From NCBI GenBank assembly GCA_038065815.1, contig JBBTQF010000012.1, positions 1,663-65,662 on the forward strand: 64,000 nucleotides of DNA, in the 5' to 3' direction. Source of the DNA: Patescibacteria group bacterium (GTDB lineage Bacteria > Patescibacteriota > Patescibacteriia > UBA9934 > CAMTUG01). A model generated the notes under the pieces. It made no database searches and was not told the origin of the DNA. It was given only the letters and a program-made list of their open reading frames with translations. How positions within the stretch are numbered: the stretch's first letter is position 1; each line of letters begins with the position of its first letter. Shown here one piece after another: positions 17,981 through 24,871 of this stretch. The position numbers and the translations under genes are program-made.

Positions 17981-18040
17981 AAGATAACTTTCTTAAAATG
18001 ACATTTTGGCTAAAGTTAGCCACTTCTTTAGACAAATCCA

Positions 18041-18068
18041 TTGACAAAAGGCCTTTTTGTGCTATATT
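18041..18068 (+). promoter_or_regulatory. Sigma70-like promoter TTGACA-16nt-TATATT, about 25 nt upstream of the 18092 ORF.
   Basis: Near-consensus hexamers are seen directly. Confidence 0.4.
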
Positions 18069-18091
18069 ATGTCTCCACCTAGAGGTCAATC

Positions 18092-18367
18092 ATGTCTTAC
18101 ATCCGCCAGAACGTGTCCGGTCTCGTCTACTGCGCCCTTCAGCTCTGGATCAACGTCGTCGGCCTCGGCCAACAGACGTTCAACCTCTTCCAGACGGGCG
18201 ATGTCGGATCGATGTCCCTCAGCTTCTTCCTCCCCTGTAGCATCGCCATCCTGACCCTCAGGATCCGGACCACGCGGGAGAAGCCAGACCTCCTGACGTT
18301 CCTCCCGTCCCTGCCGGCCCTTCTGCTCTACCCCATCCTGGTGCGCCTCATCTTCTACTACAACTAG
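18092..18367 (+). CDS. Small hydrophobic membrane protein of 91 aa, unknown function.
   Basis: It lies downstream of a strong promoter in a GC-rich patch. Two or three predicted TM helices are present. Confidence 0.3.
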   Translation: MSYIRQNVSGLVYCALQLWINVVGLGQQTFNLFQTGDVGSMSLSFFLPCSIAILTLRIRTTREKPDLLTFLPSLPALLLYPILVRLIFYYN

Positions 18368-18425
18368 CCCAGCTTCCGCCCGCTCTCGCAACCGCATCTC
18401 GTCTGAGATGCGGTTCGTGCGTTAA

Positions 18426-18971
18426 AAAGAGCTCGCGGCCGGAATCGCGGGTGGCGTGAAGAGCACAACTTGCGGGATTGGCACCAATAGGGCTGTCTAC
18501 GTAAAAGCAGACGGTTCGCTCTACCCCTGCGCAGATACCGCGGTGCCTCAATTCCGCCTCGGTAACCTGCGCACTGACTCCCTTCGCGAAATTTGGGAAC
18601 ATTCACCTGCCCTGCATGAGCTTCGGTCCCTCAACATCGACACCCTGAACCCACAATGCGCCGCCTGCGATGTCCGCTACCTCTGCGCTGGAAATTGCCG
18701 CGGAGAAAACTACCAGACGACCAAAGACCTGCGAAGCCCACACTTCAAGTGTGCCGAGATCCGCGATTCCATCCTGGAGCTGATGTGGATACTCACGGAA
18801 GCGCCCGACCTCTTCAAGTGCAAATCGAATCTCTGCACGAGACGGTTGCGGGCCCCTACGCCACCTCTGCATGACGTGCGACGCACAAATAGACGCCTAC
18901 CTGCCTGGACTACTCGGTCCGGGCAGTTTCTTTACAATCAAAATCAATCTGGGGCTTGTGAGCCTGTATGA
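18426..18971 (+). pseudogene. Remnant of a radical-SAM maturase; only the C-terminal SPASM/twitch auxiliary Fe-S domain survives.
   Basis: CGIGTNRAVYVKADGSLYPCADTAVPQFRLGNLRTDSLREIWEHSP...CAACDVRYLCAGNCRGENY carries the SPASM Cys pattern. The upstream in-frame stop is at 18423 and no CxxxCxxC radical-SAM core is present. The annotated start is GTG. Confidence 0.45.
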
Positions 18972-19598
18972 ATGAAATTGATAATCTCCCACGACCGATT
19001 CAATGCGAAGCCCAGCCTTACGAAGCCACACTTGCCACATGGGGAGGACAGGATATGGCACGACCAGACCATGACGCTTATCCACCAGTTCCAGTCGTTG
19101 CGCATCGAAGATGTAATTGGATTTTGGATTTTTTTGTAAATAACTCATAAGACTAAAAATGTTGTCTGTGTCCAAAAGAAGGCGGCCGCCGATCTTCATG
19201 TTGCGACTGATAGATAAGAGCGCTTTCTCTGGATCGATGCTCGCCAGGTCGGAAAAAAACCAGTAGGCACGGTCGTATTTTTTTTGAGGACGAGGTTAGT
19301 CACATCCGCCCAGAAGAACGTCGGTTGATGTTTGAGCGTCTTGTCGCTCGATTTTTTTGCCAGGGTGAGAAGATACGGGGAAAAATCAACCCCGTCCACG
19401 GAATATCCACGACGCGCCAGCGCCAGCACGTGGCGTCCTTGGCCGCAAGCGATATCTAATATCGATTGGCGTTTGTTCAACCCAAGTGCTTTACTAAAAA
19501 CGCAGTATCTTTTCCCACGTCTGCTTCTTGCAGAAATCGGGCATGTTCGCGCAAGTATGCCCCGTGCATCCCGTAATAATATTTTGTTCCTTTCGTCA
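18897..19598 (-). pseudogene. Class I SAM-dependent methyltransferase interrupted by two frameshifts.
   Basis: Frame A reads MTKGTKYYYGMHGAYLREHARFLQEADVGKDTAFLVKHLG* from the ATG at 19598. Frame B continues ...NKRQSILDIACGQGRHVLALARRGYSVDGVDF (motif I/post-I). Frame C (18897..19199) carries KIGGRLLLDT (motif III). Confidence 0.45.
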
Positions 19599-19648
19599 TA
19601 TCGGATGCGGGCTTTCGGGAGATAGTATAACACGGCTTTAGGCAGAAA

Positions 19649-19670
19649 TCGGGTCAGGCCGGGAATCCAA
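19649..19670 (+). repeat. REP-like copy (GGGTCAGGCCGGGAATCC).
   Basis: It shares the core. Confidence 0.45.
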
Positions 19671-19693
19671 ATTCCTGATTCCAATGCCTGATT

Positions 19694-19714
19694 CCAGACC
19701 TGACCCAATCCCTT
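19694..19714 (-). repeat. REP-like copy (AGACCTGACCCAATCCC).
   Basis: It shares the core. Confidence 0.45.
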
Positions 19715-19728
19715 ACAACGCACAATAA

Positions 19729-19775
19729 ACGGCCTGACCCCATTACTCCGACCCCATTACTCCCATCATCACAAC
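19729..19775 (-). repeat. REP-like copy with a duplicated tail (GGCCTGACCCCATTACTCCGACCCCATTACTCCCATCATCAC).
   Basis: It shares the core plus a CCCCATYAYTC sub-repeat also seen at 23941-23970. Confidence 0.45.
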
Positions 19776-20548
19776 GTGGACAAACACCATTCCTCCAATT
19801 GCGTGCGCGGAGTTGCGAGCAGTGCTTGTAAATCTAGTCCTCGAGTCGCCACAATTGATTCAATGATAGACAGGGCTATGAAATATCCCGCGCGATAGCG
19901 ATAAATATCGTCCGGATCGTTGGCAAAAAATAAGTCTAGCGCGAGTCCGTCAATGTCATTCCAGTGTTCGCGCATGAAGGTACGAAGAGCCGGCTGCTCC
20001 TGTACACAGGCATTCATCCAAACCATGCATTCTGCTTCGGGAATATAATCCGCCCAAAGAGCATCCTCGGCAGAAAAGCTCATCAGCGTTTTTGTCACAT
20101 ACAGAGCAACCCCCTCTGTCATCAGCTGCCTGCCGAGATGATTTTTCTCTTCGTGTGTGTGGAAAAAATATTCAGGGCGTGAGAGATAGTGAAGACCATG
20201 CACAATTTCGTGCGTTAAAAAAACGCCTACCTGCCGCTCGGTGGAGTAGGCCTCAAGCGGAATCCACACCAATGCGCGGTCGTCCTCAATAATGGCATGT
20301 CCGTTACTCGTTCCCTGACCGATCATCAAAACGAGGTCAATTTTATCAAGAGCAAAACCGTTTTCGGAAAAAGCTCTCTGTATATAAGGAAGGCGCGAGG
20401 ATATAAGAACGCGTGACTGTTGTATACGCTCCGTCTCATACGCAGGAATCTCACGCGTCTTTCGTTTGCCCCAATAGGAAAAGTAGTGCTCGAAAAGTTG
20501 AGTTCGGACAGGAGACGGCTGCTGATGCGTAAAATCAATAATGCGCAT
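19769..20548 (-). CDS. Putative zinc metallopeptidase (HExxH).
   Basis: THEIVHGLH within the 259 aa. Confidence 0.4.
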   Translation of the reverse strand: MRIIDFTHQQPSPVRTQLFEHYFSYWGKRKTREIPAYETERIQQSRVLISSRLPYIQRAFSENGFALDKIDLVLMIGQGTSNGHAIIEDDRALVWIPLEAYSTERQVGVFLTHEIVHGLHYLSRPEYFFHTHEEKNHLGRQLMTEGVALYVTKTLMSFSAEDALWADYIPEAECMVWMNACVQEQPALRTFMREHWNDIDGLALDLFFANDPDDIYRYRAGYFIALSIIESIVATRGLDLQALLATPRTQLEEWCLSTL

Positions 20549-20604
20549 AAAGGATGAGCCCGGCCCGCGCGTAACGCGGACCGGGCATGAGGTGGGTCGC
20601 TACT

Positions 20605-21270
20605 TCACGCCACCCGGCGGTTCGCCAGGTCGTCGGTGAGGGACCCGAAGTTGTTGAAGCTGTACCACAGCTCGGTCGAGATGAGCGCCGAGGCAAGGAA
20701 CAGGGCGTGGAAGTTGTGCCAGCCGGTGTAGAGCTTGGCGAACGCGGGGCGGATGTTGCCCACGCGGTTTTCCTCGAGCACCCGATGCACCTGGCCGGGG
20801 AGGGCCACGACGATCTCGATCTGCGTGATGAGGCGCTCGGTGTCGGACCTGAGCATCGCGATGCGCTCGTCGAACGTGTCGAGCATGCGGTAGAAGCCAC
20901 CGGAGCACATGATCTCCTGCGCCTCGTTCCACCTGATCTGGTCGACGCGCTGGCTCGTGACGAGGGAGTCGCCGACCGCCGCCAGGTCCACCGTCTTGAG
21001 CGACGGCAGATCCTCGTAGCCGTTCTCGTCCATCTGGCCGCGCAGGTCGGCGACACAGGCGGACATGCTGTTGAGCTCGTCGATGGAGGCGCGCAGGTTC
21101 TCGATGATGGGCGCCGTGTCACCGGTCTCACCGTCGAGCTCGCACAGGATGACGTCCTCCAGTCTCACGTTGGCCGTCTCCAGCCGCACGGTCGCGAGCG
21201 ACAGGAAGCGCGAGAGACGCGTCGAGTTCTTCAGGTAGCTACTACACGGTTGGTGATTTTTACCACCCAT
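20605..21270 (-). CDS. Hypothetical protein in a GC-rich island with a C-terminal hydrophobic helix.
   Basis: The 221 aa have a sensible amino-acid composition and an AAGGA Shine-Dalgarno 9 nt upstream. The overlapping plus-strand ORF 20587..21348 is Arg/Val/Gly-rich antisense-like. Confidence 0.3.
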   Translation of the reverse strand: MGGKNHQPCSSYLKNSTRLSRFLSLATVRLETANVRLEDVILCELDGETGDTAPIIENLRASIDELNSMSACVADLRGQMDENGYEDLPSLKTVDLAAVGDSLVTSQRVDQIRWNEAQEIMCSGGFYRMLDTFDERIAMLRSDTERLITQIEIVVALPGQVHRVLEENRVGNIRPAFAKLYTGWHNFHALFLASALISTELWYSFNNFGSLTDDLANRRVA

Positions 21271-21502
21271 GGCGGTTTATCCTTTTCCCCGATTGGGGAC
21301 GTTATGCACGAGAATGTACCCTTTCATTTTCACACACGTTTCCAATAGATGTCAACGACAAAGAAATGGGGGTGAGGCACGGATAACGGGTTTCGGGTAA
21401 CTCGAATAACCGCCGTCCTCGAGGTACGGGCGGGGGCTTGATTCTATTGGTCCATCCCATGCCTCGGGGACGGGATTGGGCAGTGCAAGTGATTCCCGAT
21501 TC

Positions 21503-21525
21503 CCGGCCTGACCCCATCTGCACTA
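21503..21525 (-). repeat. REP-like copy (GGCCTGACCCCATCTGCAC).
   Basis: It shares the core. Confidence 0.45.
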
Positions 21526-21530
21526 AAACC

Positions 21531-21556
21531 CAAGACCTGATCCCATTCCCGCACCA
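21531..21556 (-). repeat. REP-like copy (AGACCTGATCCCATTCCCGCAC).
   Basis: It shares the core. Confidence 0.4.
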
Positions 21557-21786
21557 GATTCAACGATCTGGGCGAACTCGTAGAAGCCAACCACACCCAG
21601 ATGCGGTACTATAATCATCGATGGATCCACTCGAGCCTCAAAATGCCGCCAGTAGCCTTCCGAACCAGGCACGAAAATAAAACAACGGCCATGATGGCCG
21701 CCTAACTCAACTCATTCATCGTCGGTTTAAGGAAACAAAAGTGTCTAAAAAATGAGGGCCATACCACTCCGCCTTCGTCGTGTTGA

Positions 21787-23004
21787 TTGTTGCAAAACCT
21801 TGTGAACCAAACTGTCGTTAAAAAGAACATTTTAAACTACTATCTTGCGCACGTGTTTAGTGGTGTATCTTTTATTTTACCAATTACCGTTCTTTACTAC
21901 TCTTCTTTTGGGTTGTCTTTTCTCGCCATTGGTTCGTTGGAATCTATTTTCCTTCTTGTCGGTTTGGTCTTCGAAATACCTACAGGCGTTATTGCGGATC
22001 TTATTGGTCGCAGGCGAATGAGCGGATTGGGTATGCTTTTGATCGCCTTTGGAATGCTCGTTGTTGGTCTTGGTAGCACTTATCTGGCTTTTGTTGTTGG
22101 ACAACTTCTTTTTGGAATTGGAGCAGCAATGCGATCCGGTGCCGACGCGGCACTTATGTATGATTCTTTGGACGCTCATAATCAGGCCGATCGCTACGGT
22201 CGTGTTGAAGGTCGCAGTTTTGCTTTATTTAGTATCTTTGGGGCCATAGCCGCTCCAATAGGGGCTTGGCTTTTTGTTATTAACCGTCGACTACCATTTT
22301 TTTTGGACGCCATTTTTATTACTATTGCCGCTCTATTTTATGGGCTAATGGTGGAGGTGAGGCGGCTGAAGTTAGAACAGCGGCCCAAACCTTTTAAGCA
22401 AATTTTTCTGGAGGGCATCAAAGATATTATTACTAAACCGATTGTCGGATGGTACATTGCGACGACAGTCTTTCTCTCATTGATTGCTGCTGTCTTTGTC
22501 AGTCTCATCAACCAGCCACTATTGGTTGCTAGCGGGCTTTCCGTTCAAGAAATTGGGTACCTCTTTGTTCCTGTCTTGATACTACAGGCCATTGTGTCCG
22601 TTTTCGCTGAGAAGGTAGAGAAGCGATTAAAGGAGCGGCTGTGTCTTTTTATTATCATTCTTCTTCCTGGGATTTCTTTATTGCTGATGGGGACAAAAGT
22701 TGCTTTGCTCATTTTTCTCGGTCTTCTTCTTTTTAGCGGCAACAAGGGTTTCCACTATCCTATTATGAAACAATTTCTTCAACACCGTCTTAATACAGGC
22801 ACTCGAGCCACAACGTTGTCAATACAAAACTTTATTGATAGTCTCGCTGGGATTATTTTCTTGCCGGTGTTTGGATTTTTGCTTGATTCGGCCTCGATTG
22901 TGACAAGTACTCGTTGGATCGGTGTAGGCGCACTAATTGTTGGACTGTTTCTTTTATTATCTCGAAAATGGAGTCAGATCACTGGTATTTTTAGAAGGAT
23001 CTAA
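21787..23004 (+). CDS. MFS-family transporter.
   Basis: The 405 aa contain about 12 TM segments and the MFS motif GVIADLIGRRRMSGLG between TM2 and TM3. Confidence 0.65.
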   Translation: MLQNLVNQTVVKKNILNYYLAHVFSGVSFILPITVLYYSSFGLSFLAIGSLESIFLLVGLVFEIPTGVIADLIGRRRMSGLGMLLIAFGMLVVGLGSTYLAFVVGQLLFGIGAAMRSGADAALMYDSLDAHNQADRYGRVEGRSFALFSIFGAIAAPIGAWLFVINRRLPFFLDAIFITIAALFYGLMVEVRRLKLEQRPKPFKQIFLEGIKDIITKPIVGWYIATTVFLSLIAAVFVSLINQPLLVASGLSVQEIGYLFVPVLILQAIVSVFAEKVEKRLKERLCLFIIILLPGISLLLMGTKVALLIFLGLLLFSGNKGFHYPIMKQFLQHRLNTGTRATTLSIQNFIDSLAGIIFLPVFGFLLDSASIVTSTRWIGVGALIVGLFLLLSRKWSQITGIFRRI

Positions 23005-23032
23005 GCGCCGACGCACTTAGATCCTTATTTCG
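22997..23032 (+). terminator. Rho-independent terminator of the MFS gene (GGATCTAAG-cgccgacgca-CTTAGATCC then TTATTT).
   Basis: The 9-bp stem includes the stop codon and is followed by a T-rich run. Confidence 0.5.
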
Positions 23033-23036
23033 AACC

Positions 23037-23970
23037 GGATGGGGTCAGGCCTGTGATCTGTGATGAGATAGCTTGGCTATGCGACAAACAGTAGTTCCTG
23101 CCAAGCCCAAAAACTTTGCTACTGCTTTCCCGGAATACTCAAAATAATTAAGTGCCAGCGCGATCGCCGCATCACGCTCCTGTTGAGTCGCAACTCCATC
23201 AAACAAAACTTTCAATGTTGGCCTACCGTCCATCCTTTGTGCGGCAACAATCTCATCTGCTGAGACACTCATATCAACTCGATCGCGCACTTCATGAATG
23301 AACTGCTCCGATCCTAAAATTCCACCCTTGCCAACAGCATCAAAAGGCGACGTACGCCCGATGCCGTCTTGAATAAAACTTCGATATGCTTTCTCCCTGC
23401 CTTGTTTACGATTGCTAAAATGTCCCAATGCATCCTTCTTCGCCAACCAATCTGGCGCCACCTCCAGACCAGCCAAGGCTCGATAGCTGCTCCATTGATA
23501 ATCCGACGGGTCATCAACCATTTTTGCCCGCACAGGATTAAGCACCACATAACGAATAACCTCGAGAAGATATTCCTGCTCCTCAACCAAAAAAGCCTTA
23601 AATCGCCCTTGAAATAAGTGGCCGACGTGTTTGTGTTTGGCGTTGTACCATTGCGTGTAAGTCGCGTTAAGATTTTGCATTCCTTTGGACAACGTGGGAT
23701 CGATCGTCTCAATAACAAAATGATAGTGATTGCCCATCAAACAATAACTGTAGCAACGCCAATTAAACTTTTTCAGTACTGACGAAAAAATGAAAAGAAA
23801 CTGTTCGCGATCTTGATCGGAAAGAAAAATTGAACTCCTTGCGTTGCCGCGAGTAGTGATGTGATAAAAAGCACCTGGAAATTCGATGCGTAGAGGGCGC
23901 ATTAATGTATGGTATCACACATCACAGACCTGACCCCATCATTCTCATCCCACCGACCCCATCCCTGTGG
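23037..23970 (-). mobile_element. REP-RAYT-REP unit: a REP-associated tyrosine transposase gene flanked by inverted REP copies.
   Basis: The forward REP is 23041-23067 (GGGGTCAGGCCTGTGATCTGTGATGAG) and the reverse REP is 23916-23970. The Y1 HuH transposase lies between them. Its stop codon TGA is supplied by the REP itself. Confidence 0.65.
23045..23902 (-). CDS. rayT: REP-associated tyrosine transposase (RAYT; IS200/IS605-like Y1 HuH transposase, PF01797-like).
   Basis: The N-terminal FYHITTRGN, the HuH motif GNHYHFVIE, and the catalytic-Tyr region YVVLNPVRAKMV...YQWSSYRA match the widespread MARPLRIEYPGAVYHVTSRGN...DNHYHLL...NPVRAGMV transposase family. Confidence 0.7.
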   Translation of the reverse strand: MRPLRIEFPGAFYHITTRGNARSSIFLSDQDREQFLFIFSSVLKKFNWRCYSYCLMGNHYHFVIETIDPTLSKGMQNLNATYTQWYNAKHKHVGHLFQGRFKAFLVEEQEYLLEVIRYVVLNPVRAKMVDDPSDYQWSSYRALAGLEVAPDWLAKKDALGHFSNRKQGREKAYRSFIQDGIGRTSPFDAVGKGGILGSEQFIHEVRDRVDMSVSADEIVAAQRMDGRPTLKVLFDGVATQQERDAAIALALNYFEYSGKAVAKFLGLAGTTVCRIAKLSHHRSQA

Positions 23971-24068
23971 ATAAACTGCTATTGACGAAGGGGGATTGAT
24001 TTATTTGATGAAATATGGTACGTTCAAATCGAGGCAATCAACCAATGCTGGCCTCCACAGCATCAATC

Positions 24069-24087
24069 TTCCGGAAACCTTCCGGAA
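24069..24087 (+). promoter_or_regulatory. Tandem self-complementary octamers TTCCGGAA-acc-TTCCGGAA immediately upstream of the Shine-Dalgarno (AGAGGTGA) of the lipoprotein gene. It is an operator-like site.
   Basis: Seen directly at 24069-24076 and 24080-24087. Confidence 0.35.
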
Positions 24088-24098
24088 AGAGGTGAGTC

Positions 24099-24740
24099 AT
24101 GAGCAACCTGCTCCTCGCCCTGCTGATCTTCGGATGCCAGGGCCCCATCAACGGCTCGGAGAACCCGGGCGATACCAACCCGTCCGACGCGGACACCGAC
24201 GCCGACGCGGATGCGGACGAGACGGAAGTCACGTTCACGTCCACGGTCACCTACGCGCAGCGCGTCGACGAAGAGATTGTCGTCAGCGTAGTGGAGACCG
24301 ACGGAATCGGCTTCAACGTGCTCGATGGCGACGACACGGACGACGATGTCCTGTGGAACGCACAGACGGTCTACACCGACATGATCGTGCTCGACGAATC
24401 CTGGGCGCGGGTCGACCACACGGACAGCTACGGCGTGCACTGGGTGAGCGATCTGGTGGACGTCAACAGCGCCGCGGTGCAGCTCAAGCCCTGCGTGGAC
24501 CTCACCGGCACGTGGAACTGCTACAACCCCGAACGGCCCGAAGGCGCCGACGACGAAGAGTTCGAGATGAGCTCCTGCACCGCGAACACGACGATGGACG
24601 AAGACGTGAAGACGGACGGATACCACTTCACTTCGGAAGACAACGACGGGTTCATGTCGCAGGACGGCAAGATGCTCGACCTCAACGCATACGGCGACAC
24701 AGGCAACCTGCTCGGCCAGATGATCTGCGACAAGCAGTAG
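24099..24740 (+). CDS. Acidic lipoprotein (lipobox LIFGC) in a GC-rich patch.
   Basis: MSNLLLALLIFGCQG carries the signal and lipobox, a strong Shine-Dalgarno is present, and a DADTDADADADETE acidic run follows. The overlapping Arg-rich ORFs are rejected. Confidence 0.5.
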   Translation: MSNLLLALLIFGCQGPINGSENPGDTNPSDADTDADADADETEVTFTSTVTYAQRVDEEIVVSVVETDGIGFNVLDGDDTDDDVLWNAQTVYTDMIVLDESWARVDHTDSYGVHWVSDLVDVNSAAVQLKPCVDLTGTWNCYNPERPEGADDEEFEMSSCTANTTMDEDVKTDGYHFTSEDNDGFMSQDGKMLDLNAYGDTGNLLGQMICDKQ

Positions 24741-24871
24741 TCAGGCCTACCGAGCGCACCTTCAACGACATCTCAATCGCGCTTCACCCACCGCTCCAAG
24801 GTTCACCTTGGAGCGGTTTCGCGTCTAAAGACATAGGCGGGGCATGGTAACCCCGCCTATCTGCTTTCGAT

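Noticed and set aside
23996-24850. A 284-aa plus-strand ORF and a 187-aa minus-strand ORF (24063..24626) overlapping the lipoprotein gene.
   Set aside because: They are extremely Arg/Gly/His-rich with no motifs. This is typical of wrong-frame or antisense reading of GC-rich DNA. The lipoprotein frame has a Shine-Dalgarno, a signal and a lipobox.
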